From assembly GCF_009914755.1 (NCBI RefSeq), contig NC_060931.1: 64,000 nt of DNA; one strand, 5' to 3'. Shown here one piece after another: positions 22,581-39,144 of the stretch. The notes below the pieces were generated by a model that ran no database searches, was not told the DNA's origin, and saw only the letters and a list, made by a program, of their open reading frames with translations. This DNA comes from the human T2T-CHM13v2.0 reference genome, Homo sapiens. Numbering within the stretch: the first letter of the stretch is position 1; each line of letters starts with the position of its first letter. A program made the position numbers and the translations under genes.

Positions 22581-22965
22581 CAGCTGCGTTTTTGAAAGGA
22601 GCATGTTAGGGAGGCATGGGGCTTAGGAGAGAGGTGAGTTCCTAAAAGAAGGGGGACACAAGACTGGATCCCTGGAGGCCAGTGATCAGCTGAGTCTACC
22701 AGGCACATTGTTTAGTAATATAAATACAGCTAGCCCTTGGGGGAAGTGATTGATTCCAGGGCTGGAGCAAGAAACTTACAAGAGAAACTTACAACATCAC
22801 GTTCTACAAGAGAATACAAAATTTTTCAAAAAGGCAGGCGGACACATAGAAAGATATAAGTACCAGCTTAGAGGAATTCCCACTGGCCAAATCTGGAACA
22901 ATGTGAGCATCAAATTGAGTAACATCAGAATTCATGCATCCACAATGACAATATACAAGCAAACA

Positions 22966-23297
22966 GGCTAGGCACAGTGGCTCACCCCTGTAATCCCAGC
23001 AATTTGGGAGGCTGAGGTGGGAGGATTGCTTGAGGCCAGGAGTTTGAGACCAGCCTGGACAACATGGGGAAACCCCATCTCTACAAAAAATTAAAAAAAA
23101 AAAAAAGGCAAGCATGGTGGTACATGCCTATAGTCTCAGCTACTCAGGAGGCTGATGTGGGAGGATTGCTTGGGCCTGGGAGGTTGAGACTGCAGTGAGC
23201 TATGATTCTGTCATGGCACTCCAGCATGGGTGACAGAGTGAGATTTTGTCTCAAAAACCAAAACAAAACAAAAAAGATGAGCAAACAAACAAACAAG
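22966..23297 (+). mobile_element. AluJ
   Basis: Full dimer with AluJ diagnostics. Confidence 0.93.
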
Positions 23298-23315
23298 AAG
23301 ATAAAACTCTTTCTT

Positions 23316-23683
<368 letters not shown>

Positions 23684-24181
23684 TCATCAGAGTAGTAACT
23701 GGCTGAGTTACAAAGTAACAATAGATGCTAAAACTAGGCTGAATATTTAATGATGAATGAGATATTTACATAGTGTCAAAGTATCCCTTCACCAAGTCTC
23801 TATTTATTACAATGAAAAAATAACTTGGGGGAAACTTGAAGGATGCCACCTTAAACCAAGTGCTTCAAGTTCACATCACAAATAAAGGGAGAACCTGGGC
23901 TCCCCAGTGGGATTAGGGAACACAAATCTACCAGGGGAACTAAACTCTTACTTGGGGGATATTTTCAAATGCCCAAGGTCACGTGGCTAGCAGATAGTAA
24001 TATAAGATTTTAATTCAGATCTGTTTAGCTTCAAAGCAGAAGTCATCTCTGCTTTGTGATTTCCCCTACGTCCTGGATCCAAAGGGTCTTGCTGGCCCAT
24101 AACCGACTCATCGTTGTAGAGGGACTCATGTTGGTGGAGGGAGAGACCGGGAAGCAAAGACAGATATAGTTAGAAGTCACT

Positions 24182-24480
<299 letters not shown>

Positions 24481-24659
24481 GTCACTGAAATGCCTGGAAG
24501 GAAGTGAGCTGCCACATGGTTTGAGAGGTGGCACAATGGTGTCCTAGCTCCTTGGGTATAGAGATGCCTTCTTCCATCATGTTCATGTCCTGATGACTTT
24601 TTGAATTTCAAAAAAATGTTAAAGGATCATCCTAAAAATTCCTTGCTTGTCATACAATG

Positions 24660-24860
24660 TACTGCGTTAAAATACGGATTTACTGACAGACACACTAAGA
24701 AACAAACTAGATGTAGCAGAAAGAATGGGTAGTTAATTACATGGTCAATTGCTCATCCATATTTACACAGTGATATTACAGGATTATTTTCACCTTGCAA
24801 AACAAATCCATTTGGATAAATCAATATTATTTCCCCATACAGCCCTTAATCTCCACTCAG
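24660..24860. promoter_or_regulatory. Candidate enhancer / conserved non-coding element
   Basis: Repeat-free; GATTTAC-TGACAG, TTAATTAC, GGATTA, TAAATCAA motifs; motif evidence only. Confidence 0.35.
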
Positions 24861-25435
24861 GGAAAAAGGTACTAAGAGACAGGCAAATCTAGGACTCTTG
24901 TTAAAATGATTGGTGATAATCATATCCAAGAACAGCCTTTTAAGAAAAAGTCTGGTTAATAATTATTTGACAGCAATTGGAAAATACTACTAAAGATTTT
25001 TAAAAGGCCCCTGAAGAAGGTATATTAATATTCTTAATAAAATGTGATTTTTTTTGTTTTTTTTTGTTGTTGTTTTGTTTTGCTACATAGAGAGGTTTTT
25101 TGACTAAAATTTCTTCCATCTTTTAGTTGCAAACTAAGCCATTCTTTGCACTTGGGTTAAACTCAGCAGAAATGCCTAGAGAAAATAAATGTCCTCTACA
25201 CGGGAAAAGCCAGTGACTTTACAAATTATTCAAATGCTTGGTACCTGTGTACATTTTTTTCCCAAACTATAGAGGCATGTCATTTATTTTAGGTGGCCAT
25301 GGGAAGACATATTCCACCCAACTGAATTAGATAACTAAAGTGTAAATTTTGAAAACCATTTGAATATAAATCTTCCTAAAATATGTTATGCATTTCATTA
25401 GATTCTTCGATGGAGTTTGCACATTACAATTCAAC

Positions 25436-25785
25436 TTTCTTTCTTTCTCTTCCTTCCTTTCTTTTTTCCTTCCTTCCTTCTTTCTTTCTTCTTTCCTTCT
25501 TTCTTTCTCTTTCTTTCATTCTTTCTTTCTCTCTCTCTCCTTCCTTCCTTCCTCCATTCCTTCCTTCTTTCTTTCATTCTTTCTCTCTTTTTTCCTTCCT
25601 TCCTTCTTTCCTTCCTTCCTTCCTTCCTTCCTTCCTTCCTTCCTTCCTTCCTTCCTTCTTTCCTTCCTTCCTTCTTTCCTTCCTTCCTTCCTTCCTTCCT
25701 TCCTTCCTTCCTTCCTTCCTTCCTCCCTCCCTCCCTCCCTTCTTTCTTTATCTCTTTCTTTCTCTCTCTCTCCTTCCTTCCTTCC
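25436..25785 (+). repeat. (TTCC)n/(CTTT)n compound microsatellite
   Basis: About 350-bp near-pure pyrimidine tract. Confidence 0.95.
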
Positions 25786-26378
25786 AACTCTTGATCTAAT
25801 AACTGGTATTTTAATAGACCATCTAAGTGGAGGATACTTGGACTAAATGTGTGTCTCTCTCTGCACCCTGATAGGCCTCCTGTGGGCCTTTATTTACCTG
25901 TGATGATCCTGGATTCTTGCACACCAGGATAATGGAGTGGATGTGGGATACCTCTCCCTTGGAGGAGCACAGCACTGAAAATATGGCACTCAAGTGTTGG
26001 GGGAATGCCCAGGTTCAGCCCAGAGCTGGAGCCTGAGTCAAGGCAAGGCTTCAGTATGATAAGAGAAACTCCAGAAGGAGGCCATGGACTGGCAGGAACT
26101 AAGTCACAGCACATAAAAAGGAAGGAGAAGTTGGAAAAGTGGCTCAGCTGGAGATTGGACCATCATCCCAGCTATGCTCATTCACAGCTAAATAAGGCAG
26201 GTAAAAATGCTTCTGCTTTTTCTTCCCCACATATCTCCACTGACTCTACTCCAATCCCAACCAAACCGTAGAAGTGTCCAAAGATGGAGGGGAAGACAGA
26301 GAGGAGGTGGGAAATAGCAGATCAGGCTACAGGTGAGAGGTGAGAAGCTTTGCACTGGATGCAAGAATGAAGGTGCTG

Positions 26379-26526
26379 TTTTTTCAGACAGGGTCTCTGT
26401 CATCCAGACTAGAGTGCAGTGGCGAGATCACGGCTCACTACAGTCTTGAATCCCTGGCTCAAGCAATCCTCTTGCCTCAGCCTCCCAAGTAACTGGGACT
26501 ACAGGCCTGCGCCATCACTCTTGGCT
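26379..26526 (-). mobile_element. FRAM / AluJ right monomer
   Basis: Single antisense arm; TSD AAGAATGA(A)GGT. Confidence 0.85.
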
Positions 26527-26839
26527 AAGAATGAGGTTTTAAATATGACTCAACAGGACTTTTAAGGCCTGAAGATAACTAAAAAGCGATAAAATTGACC
26601 TTCCATGTTGACAGTGATTGTAGAAAGGACACCTCATGATTATGAATACAGATAACGATTGGAGAAAATAATGAAGCATTTCCTTTTTCTGATTTCCTGA
26701 ATCCAACTGCCCTCTAAACTGCATTGTGTCTCTATGCTCATACTGGTTTGATCAGTCCTTTGGACTGATCAGAAACAAAAACTACTGAAATAATAAAAAA
26801 CTTGCTAAATGCTCAAGGAAAGTCCCAGGTAGCCAGACA

Positions 26840-27050
26840 ATACTATGAAAAGAGCAAGGACTTTTGAGTCACCAACTTAGGTTCAAATTTGAATTCTGTC
26901 ACTTCCCAGATATGTGACCTTGGGCAAATCTTTTAACTTAGGTTTGCCTCAGTTGCCCCATTTGTCAAAAGAAAGTAATAATGCCCATTTCACTGGTCTA
27001 ACATTAAAAATCAAATGTTATCATAGGCATTGTATGCACTAGTATTCACA
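26840..27050 (+). mobile_element. MIR
   Basis: GGTTCAAAT...TGTGACCTTGGGCAAAT...GCCTCAGTT..CCCATTTGT.AAA core. Confidence 0.8.
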
Positions 27051-27252
27051 TCTGTTCATTTATCTTCTTCCTGTTAGAAAAATCTATTCCTATTGCTAAT
27101 CATTCAGTAGTTCCTTGTTATAACAAACTAAAGAATAATAGGGATTGTGTGTATCTCTATCTCTGAATTTGTGTGATTTCTATTTATCTACTTATTTTTA
27201 ATTGAAGTATTACAAACACTTAGAAAGTGCCTAATGTACGTATGTATATACC

Positions 27253-27720
27253 TGTTCTAGTTATCTGATTATCTGCTGGTAAGTAACAACAAACTCCAAA
27301 ACTTAGTGGCTAAATAACTTCTTTCAAGTTCTGTGGGTTGATTGGATGTAGCCAAGTGGTTCTCTCTTGTGATCTTTCACCGAGCTACAATCAAGTAGTG
27401 GCTGGGCTAGAGGCAGCTGAACACTTCTTTACTTACATATATGGTGCTTGGGTTGGGATAGTGGAAAAACTGGAGGCTGTCATACATCTCTGTCTCCTTT
27501 TGTGTTCTCCATAGGGCTAGCTTGGGCTTCCTCACAACATGGCAGTCTCAGAATAGTCAGACTGTATTGGCATGGATTTTTCTCTGAAACAAACATTTGA
27601 AGAAACCCAGGTGGAAGTTGTAAGGTCTCCAAAGTGCCAGAATGTCAATTGCATCAAATTCTTTTGCATGAGCAAGTCATTAAGATTGCCCTTTCAATTT
27701 GTGGTCACCTTTAATCTATA
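27253..27720 (-). mobile_element. MaLR LTR (MLT1H/I-like) inside an old L1M 3'-end remnant
   Basis: CCAAAACTTAGTGGCT; GGGCTAGCTTGGGCTTCCTCACAACATGGCAGTCTCAG. Confidence 0.7.
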
Positions 27721-28363
27721 GTAACGCCAGTGTAATCACCATTTAGGTCAAAATATAGAAAACTTTCAGCACCCAGAATGTTCCCTTGTACACCTTCCAA
27801 CTCAATTTTTCTCTCTTCCTAGTGATACTTATTTTAACTTCATATATTTATTTTTAACATTTATCATCTGAAACACATCCTTCTGAATCTAATAGATGAC
27901 TTTAGAAATTTTTCTCCTGCTGATACCATGTTCAATTAATTGTGCATAAACCCAAATTAGCATTTTAAGTAGCATTTTGTGATACCACTGAACAGCTCAA
28001 AACCTTGTATTGTTTCTTAGTGAATATAAAATCAAATCCAGACTCCTTAGCATGGTTTTCAATGCCTTTCACATGTATGAAGAAAAATATTTTAAATATC
28101 AATTGACGTATTTTTGTGCATTTCCTGTACTTCTTATTATTCAATCAGGGCTATTTATTGCCTTAAAATAGGAGTGGGTACATTTTTTCTGTAAAGAGCC
28201 AGGCAATAAATATTTTAGGGTTTGCAGGCCCCATGGTCTCTGTTACAAGTACTCACCTACCCCATTGTAATGTGAAAACAGCTGTAGATAATTCTTACAC
28301 GAGTGAATGTGACTTGTTCCAACAAAACTTTATTTACTGACTCTGAAATTTGAATTTCATGTG

Positions 28364-29163
28364 AAGTTAACCCTTGAGCAACATGAGGTTAGGGACACTG
28401 ACCCCTGATACAGTAAAAAACCTGAGTAGTGGCTCACGCCTGTAATCCCAGCACTTTGGGAGGCCAAGAAGGGTGGATTACCTGAGGTCAAGAGTTCAAG
28501 ACCAGCCTGGCCAACGTGGTGAAACCTCATCTCTACTAAAAATACAAAAATTAGCCGGGTGTGGTGGTGGGCGCCTATAATCCCAGTTACTTAGGAGTCA
28601 GAGGCAAGAGAATCGCTTGAACCCAGGAGGTGGAGTTTACAGTGAGCCGAGGTCACGCCATTGCACTCTAGCCTGATCAACAAGAACAAAACTCCATCAA
28701 AAAATAAAAAAAAATCTGTGTATAACTTTTGACTCCCCCCAGAACTTAACTGCTAATAGGTTACGGTTGACTGGAAGCCTTATTGATAACATAAATTGCC
28801 AATTAACTCATATGTTGTATCTTACATGTATTATATGCTGTATTCTTACAATAAAGTAAGCTAGAGAAAAGAAAATGTTATTAAGAAAATCACATGGAAG
28901 AGAAAATACGTTTACTATTTATTAAGGGGAAGTGCATCATCATAAAGGTCTTCATCCTCGTGATCTTCATGTTGAGGAGGCTGAGGAGGAGGAGGAAGGG
29001 CAGGGGTTGTTCTTGCTGTCTCAGTGGTGGCAGAGGCAGAAGAGGTGGAAGAGCTGGAAGGGGAGGCAGAAGAGGCAGTTACACTCAGTGTAGCTTTTAC
29101 GAAAAAAATTCATGTATAAGAGGACCCGTGCAAATCAAACCAGTTTACTTCAAGGGCCAACTG
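28364..29163 (+). mobile_element. Tigger2a/MER28-type TcMar-Tigger element
   Basis: TIRs AAGTTAACCCTTGAGCAAC and TTCAAGGGCCAACTG; ACAATAAAGTAAGCTAGAGAAAAGAAAATGTTATTAAG; strand nominal. Confidence 0.88.
28428..28714 (+). mobile_element. Alu (Sq-like) within Tigger2
   Basis: Near-full dimer; TSD-like AAAAA(C/T)CTG.GTA. Confidence 0.94.
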
Positions 29164-29245
29164 TGATTTTCATGTGTTGTGGAATGTCTTCCCTTGATTA
29201 TGTATTCAACAATTTAAATATTACAAAATACCACTGCCAACAATC

Positions 29246-29608
<363 letters not shown>

Positions 29609-30833
29609 TTAGAAGATAGAGAATAAGCCAGACACCCAACACTGGGACTCTTAACAATCACCTGCAGGGGAGAAGACACAATGCAAGAGGTGGCCCAGGC
29701 TCTGTCCGAGGAAGGAGCAACTGTCCTGAGTCTTGGAGAGCCCAGGAGAGCCCAACTAATCCCATTTATGTAAGGGTGCTCTAATTACTGACCACACGGA
29801 AAAGCTACATTCACTGTCTTCATTTTTCCTTAGTAGGACGATCTATCAAGACCTGCACCTCACAGACGTCAGGCAGGAATGATGCCTCTTTGTACCTCTG
29901 GATGCCTCTCTGCTTGCCCACATGGCCCTGGATAGACAACCATGCCCAGAACACACATAACATCCCAAATGGACAGTGCTGGGGAGCAACCGTGAGCCAC
30001 CCCCAGGGATGCTACCTGAATGATACTAAGTGGAGGCATCCAACTGTTTCTCCAAGTTGAGGTGATGTTGGAAATCATGTCCAGTTCTCATTCCCATTAC
30101 CTGCTTCTTCAACTCACATTCCCTTTGTTTATATTCTGTTCATGCCTAGAATAACTTCCTCTCTCCTCTCAATTTCTTCCAGCCTTTCTCTTCATTCAAG
30201 TCCTATCCAGGTCTCATATTTCCCATGAGATGATTCTTGGATACCGTGGTGTTTAGGAATAGATAGCATTTGCTACAGTCATAAGCAATTGCAAATAAAC
30301 TGTGCATTATCTACCTGCGGCATCTACCTTGCTGCCTTGAATGCTTATATAAATCCCTTCCTAATCACCTTATCTATGCACATGCAACTTCTTTCTCAAC
30401 ATTGTCCTCTAAGAAACCTCAGTAATTTACTTTGATATCTCCCTTCCCCTGCCATGCCCATGGGCAAGTTCAGTTATTTCAAAATATATCTTGAATTCCT
30501 TCATTTCTCTCCATCTCCATGATAACCTAAGCCACTCTAATCGCTTATGGAACAGTCTCCTTCCTGATCTCCCTGCGTCTGCCATCTATTCTGCCCCAGC
30601 AGGCCAAGTAATCTCCTTAACATATAAAGCAGAGCAGAGTGATCTGAGCTTGGCCCATCTCTTCAGCTTCATTTACCTTACTTCCTTCTCTTCTCTGGCT
30701 CCTGATGCTCTAGTCATACCAGCCCCCACTAGGCCCTCCAACAGAACAACTTTCTCTACCCTCTGGACTCTTGGGATGTGCATTTTTTCTCTGCCTGGAT
30801 CCCTAAATCTTTCCGGATGTCCACCCTCTACCT

Positions 30834-31821
30834 CAGCAGTCTCCAACCTTTTTGGCACCAGAGAACTGTTCCCTGGAACATAATTTGTCCAAAGACTGGT
30901 GGAGGGTGAGGGGGTGGGGGATGGTTTTGGGATGATTCAAGTACATTACATTTACTGTACACTTTATTTCTATTTGTATTAGTCAGGGTTCTCTAGAGGG
31001 ACAGAACTAATAGGATAAATGTATATATAAAGGGGAGTTTATTAAGGAGTATTGACTCACACGATCACAAGGGGAAGTCCCACAACAGACCCTCTGCAAG
31101 CTGAGGAGCGAGGAAGCCAGTCCAAGTCCTAAAGCTGAAGAACTTGGAGTCCAACGTTTGAGGGCAGGAAGCATCCAGCATGGGAGAAAGATGGAGGCCA
31201 GAAGACTAAACCAGTCTAGTCTTTCCACATAATTCTGCCTGCTTTTATGCTGGCTGTGCTGGCTGCTGATTAGATGGTGCCCTCCCAGATTGAGGGTGGA
31301 TCTGCTTCTCCCAGTCCACTGACGCAAATGTTGATCTCCTTTGGCGACACCCTCACACACACGTTCGGGAACAATACTTTGAGTCCTTCAACCCAAACAA
31401 GTTGACACTCAATATTCGCCATCACACTATTACTATTACATTGTATAATAATATATAATGAAATAATTCTACAGCTCACCATTATGTAGATTCAGTGGGA
31501 GCCCTGAGCTTGTTTTCCTGCAACTAGACGGTCCTATCTGGGGGTGAGAGGAGACAGTGACAGATCATCAGGCATTAGATTCTTATAGGAGCACACAACC
31601 TAGATCCCTCACATGCACAGTTCACAATAGGGTTTATGCTCCTGTTGGAATTTAATGCTGCTGCTAATCTGACAGGAGGTGGAGCCCAGGCGGGAATGTG
31701 AGGGATGGGGAGCGGCTGTACAGGCAGATGAAGCTTCGCTGTCTCGCCCGCTGCTGTGTGGCCTGGTTCCTAACAGGAGTGGACCATTACTGGTTTGTAG
31801 CCTGAGAACTGGGGACCCCTG
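30834..31821 (-). mobile_element. MER1A (hAT-Charlie), interrupted by MLT2A1
   Basis: TIRs CAGCAGTCTCCAAC and CTGGGGACCCCTG; 8-bp TSD CTCTACCT (30826-30833) / GTCTACCT (31822-31829). Confidence 0.92.
30975..31426 (-). mobile_element. MLT2A1 solo LTR (HERV-L)
   Basis: TGTATTAGTCAGGGTTCTCTAGAGGGACAGAAC...CAAGTTGACACTCAATATT..CCATCACA; perfect 5-bp TSD CTATT. Confidence 0.93.
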
Positions 31822-32274
31822 GTCTACCTGACAGGTCTCCAGTTAAATAGCTCTTCCTCAGCAAGACCTTCCCTGTCTGATTTCTTGAAAGCAGCTCTCC
31901 ACCCTCTCCTTCCCCTAGGGTTTTTCCTTAGACTCCTGTTTGTCTCTTATGAACACATATATGGGTTTTTCATTTGTGATGAATTTATGAGCTTATGTAT
32001 TTACTTGCAGTGTACCTCCCCTGTCGTTCCCACTAGTCCCAAGCTTTGGGGGACAGACACATTGCCAGTCGTGTTGACCACTGAGCCCTTTGTGCAGAAA
32101 TCAGACAGCTCCTAGGTGACAGCAGGTGTGCAGCAAACATTTGTTAAATGAGTGAATGGGCTAGATAAATAATGCTCTGAAGTTCAGAAGTTGTGCCTTA
32201 AACTTCCTTGATGGCTTCATCTGCCTAGTAATTGGAAATATTGCAGAGATGCTAGTTTATTGACTTTTTAGTAA

Positions 32275-32785
32275 AGTAAAGATAACGATTATATTTTCTT
32301 ATTATATATTATAATTATATTACTTATAATTATATATCATATTTAATAATTAATAATATAGAATATATTTATAATAATGTATAATTAATGTGTCATTATT
32401 AACATATTATATTAATTATATAACTATGTAATATAATTAATATGATACTTATAATATATAATATATAATTATATGAACTATAAGTTAATTATATGTTATA
32501 TGTAAAGATAGTTTATATTTTCATAAAAAGATTTTATAATATATAATAACATATATATTTTATAATGTATATATTTTATATATTAAAATATTTATATATT
32601 ATATATTTATATATAAATATGTTTTACAACATATATAACATATATAATTATATATGTTTATAATGTATAAACAAACATTATATATAGATATCTTATATAT
32701 AGATATATAAAATGTATATATAATTAATTATATATTATATAATTATATAATATAATAATGATTATCACCATTATTATTATTTATT
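32275..32785. repeat. AT-rich / degenerate (TA)n low-complexity tract
   Basis: About 500 bp, almost entirely A/T. Confidence 0.93.
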
Positions 32786-32966
32786 AGAGACAGAGTCTCA
32801 CTGTTTCACCCAGGCTGGAGCACTGCGGCATAATTCTAGCTTACTGCAGTCTCCAATTCTTGGGCTCAAGTGATCCCCCACCTCAGCTTCCCCAGTAGCT
32901 GGGACTACAGGTATGAGCCACCATGTCTGGCTAATTTTTACATTTTTTTTCAGAGACAGGGTCTTG
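32765..32966 (-). mobile_element. AluJ right arm and linker, 5'-truncated
   Basis: Antisense right monomer with (TTA)n tail. Confidence 0.88.
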
Positions 32967-33009
32967 AATTAAATAAAGCAATGTGAATCCCTGTTTTCAT
33001 ACCCTCTGA

Positions 33010-33432
<423 letters not shown>

Positions 33433-34049
33433 TGACATTATGTCCAGGCATGGCTGACAGAGAGCCCTCCTGGTCTCTGTCTCTATACATAAAGAGGTTT
33501 CATTTAATATTTATATCTGCTTGCGGGAAAAATGAAAACTTCGGGGAAATATATAGACCTGCCAGTTACTTCCAAGCCAGGTGTTAAAGAACAGAGAAAC
33601 AGAGTTACAGGCTACTGCTGAAAAGTACTCCTATTTTAGGCTAAAGTGTTTATTTGAGACAGGAAAAACTAAGGTCGAGAGTTGATATGATCTGAGGCCT
33701 TAGCAGAGAATGTCTGTTTTGATCCCCTGTCTTAAGTCAACTTACGTGTCTGTCCATGAAGTGCAGGGAGCCCCTGCCTCCCCATCCCCGTCACAGCCAT
33801 AGTCTTGCAAGCTTGCGTTTTGCTCCTGTCCAAGTCCAAGCACTCTTTGGTCCAGCACTTCTTGTTTCTAATTCTCTGCTCATCTCTTTGAGTTGGCAAA
33901 GTTCAGCATCTCTGGTTTTTGTTACTGGTGTTCCCTATAAGTTGGATATGCCCACGCATTTGGTATTCTTATCCCAAGGAACTTCGGGAAGCCCCTCTGT
34001 AAGATGGACACCTGGTCTGGGAACTGTCCCCACCTCCCACCTCAAAGTA

Positions 34050-34575
<526 letters not shown>

Positions 34576-35011
34576 TGGCTGCCTCACATGGTTTTGTTAA
34601 GTTAGAGAAATGGAAACATTAAAGAGATAGAGATATTGGGATGGAGAGATAAAGCTGGGAGGGCAAGCAATCTAGGTCATTAGGCCATCCCTGCAATGTG
34701 GATGAGTCTTAACACTTGTTAGGTGAGGGATCTGCTGACTTCCAGTAAGATGACGCACCTGCCTAGGTGGCTGAGCTGGCCTGTGGCAGGGCTCTGTATA
34801 ACACCTAGCTTCAGCTTCACCGTGTGTAGAGCTGTTTGTGGAGAGGTGAGAAATTGCTGTGAATGACACAGAGGCCAGAGCAGGTGCTAGCTTCAGAGTC
34901 TACTACCAGCAAGAACATAAGCTTTACTGTCACACATGCTTATGCCAACCTTGGTGCAGGAAACCCCTTCACCCCAATCTCATGTCCAACTACCAAACTG
35001 GCCTCTTCTGG

Positions 35012-35460
35012 TATATCAGTCAGGGTCCAGGCAAAAGAAAGAACCACACCAGTCATTTAAACAGAGATATGTTTAATCTCTGGAATATGAGGAGTTAACT
35101 AGGCAACTAAAATGGCAAGAAGAATATTACAGAGAATAGCAATGTGAATAAATAAATAAATATTGCCACCCTCTGTGGCTGGGAACAAAAGGAAGAGGTT
35201 GAAGTGATTTGAACATATTAGCTGGGGAGCTGGACCTCACACCCCTGAGAAAGGGTGATACAGGCTGGTGCTGGTGCTATCCATCTTGGTGGTAGGAGTG
35301 GGAGGGAAATTAAGTGATGAGGCTAGTTCCGCAAAAGTTGAAAAAACTACTAACTGGATTCAATCATTGCTACAGAAAAGAACTGCCACTGCCAAAGTGA
35401 AGAAGCACTTCCAGAATAACTTACACACACAGGAACAGGAAGAAAAAAAGCCAATGGGAT
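35012..35460 (-). mobile_element. Ancient LTR-like fragment
   Basis: TATATCAGTCAGGGTCCAG...AGAACCACACCAGT start resembles old eutherian LTR ends; family unresolved. Confidence 0.4.
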
Positions 35461-35572
35461 ACAAGTACAAAGTCACATCCACTCTGGTGCTGTCTCTAGG
35501 CGGAGAAAGGACTAGAGTTGTTACCAGTAATTAATTTCTGTCCTTCCTGGTAGAGTGGGGAGGTGAATGTCT

Positions 35573-35820
35573 ATTTTTTTTTTTTTTTTTTCGAGATGGA
35601 GTTTCGCTCTTGTTGCTCAGCCTGGAGTGCAATGGCATGATCTCGGCTCACTGCAACCTCTGCCTCCCGGGTTCAGGCGAATTCTCCTGCCTCAGCTTCC
35701 CGAGTAGCTGGGATTACAGGCATGTGCCACCACGTCTGGCTAATTTTTGCATTTTTAGTAGGGACAGGGTTTCTCCATGTTGGTCAGGCTGGTCTCAAAC
35801 TCCTGACCTCAGGTGATCCA
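35573..35820 (-). mobile_element. Alu (Sp-like), 5'-truncated
   Basis: TSD GGGAGG.GAAT.TCT. Confidence 0.93.
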
Positions 35821-35895
35821 TGGGAGGGGAATATCTTTACAAAGTTAGATCCTACTCTTAGGTAAATAGGGAGAGGGCAAAGAGCTTTTCTTTCA

Positions 35896-36624
<729 letters not shown>

Positions 36625-37042
36625 TATCTGCTTCTTCTCAGTTGCCTTCTGCTCAAAATAATCCTTATAGCAAACTGGCATATTTTGAGGGGGCACACTC
36701 TGCTACCCTTCAAAATGTCATCAACAGCATCCCTGTAGTTATAAAAACATGCCTTTGAGACATTCTTTGGGAATATGCAATGCAACATTAATATAAGGAG
36801 GGAAAATTCTGGCTACAAATAGGACACCCATGGAGTAGACCGTGTGACTTTTGGAGCATTAAGCGCGCTCAGCTCAGCTCTGCGGGGCAGAGATGATGGG
36901 TAAGAACCCTTGTAATTGGCTGGGTTTGGAGTGTGCCCTGCATAGAGAGCATGCATCTTCCTTCTCCTTCAAACAAGAAAGAGAGAAGAGTTACTGCAGT
37001 GGAAAAAAGTATCTCTCACATCTAAGGGCAGGTGGTAACTCA

Positions 37043-37795
<753 letters not shown>

Positions 37796-38182
37796 GTGTC
37801 AGCGTTCCAACTCAGGGGCATGTCTGAACAGATAGTTCCCCAAAGGAAGCAGCTGAAGGTCTATTTGAAAGATCTGGCTGCCCACATTTAAAACAACAGC
37901 CAGTGATTCCTGACCCTGTATGATTAAGTGCTGCATCACGCAGCATTGATGGTAAGTGATACACAAGTCAGGAAGAAAGAAAACTTGCTAAACCTCGTGG
38001 TCAGCAGGAAATGGGAGTTAGAAGGGCCTTGGCAGGGGACGAGATGGCAAACTCAAGGGAGGTGGGGAGGTAATAAAAACAAGCCAAGGAAAATCCTCCC
38101 TAGGAATTGAAAATCAATTGGTATGTATTTATTGAGTTCATACTATTTTCTCAGCACTGTGCTAAAGGCTGCGGATGGCTAA

Positions 38183-38563
<381 letters not shown>

Positions 38564-38813
38564 CGACAGGAGGATATTCTGAATGGCAATGAGGTCCATG
38601 TGTGCCCCAGCCAGCTTAACTTTGAGACCTGCTGTAGCCATAATATTGAACAAATTATTGTTTCCCTTCTGTCTTGAGGGGAAGCAGTTCTCAACTGCGG
38701 AGAATACAGAATTAGAATATGCAATCTCTGTTTCTTTGAACTGTCTTAATGGAGACACAGCATAAGCTGATGGAAAGAGAACTTGATGAGAAAGTCAAAA
38801 AACATGGAATTTA

Positions 38814-39144
38814 GGCTGTCTATGGTGGCTCATGCCTTAATCCCAGCCCTTTGGGACCCAGAGGCGAGTGGATGGCTTGAGCTCAGGACTTCAAGACCAG
38901 CCTGGGGCAACATGGCAAGACCCCATCTCTACCAAAAATACAAAAAAGAAAAGAGCCGGGCATGGTGGTGTGAACCCATGGTCCCAGCTGCTAGGGAGGC
39001 TGAGGTGGGAGGATCACTTGAGTCTGGAAGGTAGAGGCTGCGGTGAGCTAAGATCACACCACTGCACTTCAGTCTGGGAGACAGAGCAAGACCCTGTCTC
39101 AAACAAACAAACAAACAAACACCCCAGCAACAACAAAAAACAAA
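38814..39144 (+). mobile_element. AluJ
   Basis: Full dimer; TSD AAAAC(A/C)TGGA(A/T)TT. Confidence 0.92.

Larger units (their letters stand above)
30400..32158 (+). mobile_element. L2 3' region, interrupted by MER1A and MLT2A1
   Basis: CT-rich L2 body; 3' end CAAACATTTGTTAAATGAGTGAATG. Confidence 0.65.

Noticed and set aside
28894-29166. Arg/Gly-rich 90-aa ORF
   Set aside because: Lies in the GA-rich part of a non-autonomous Tigger2 element; not a transposase frame.
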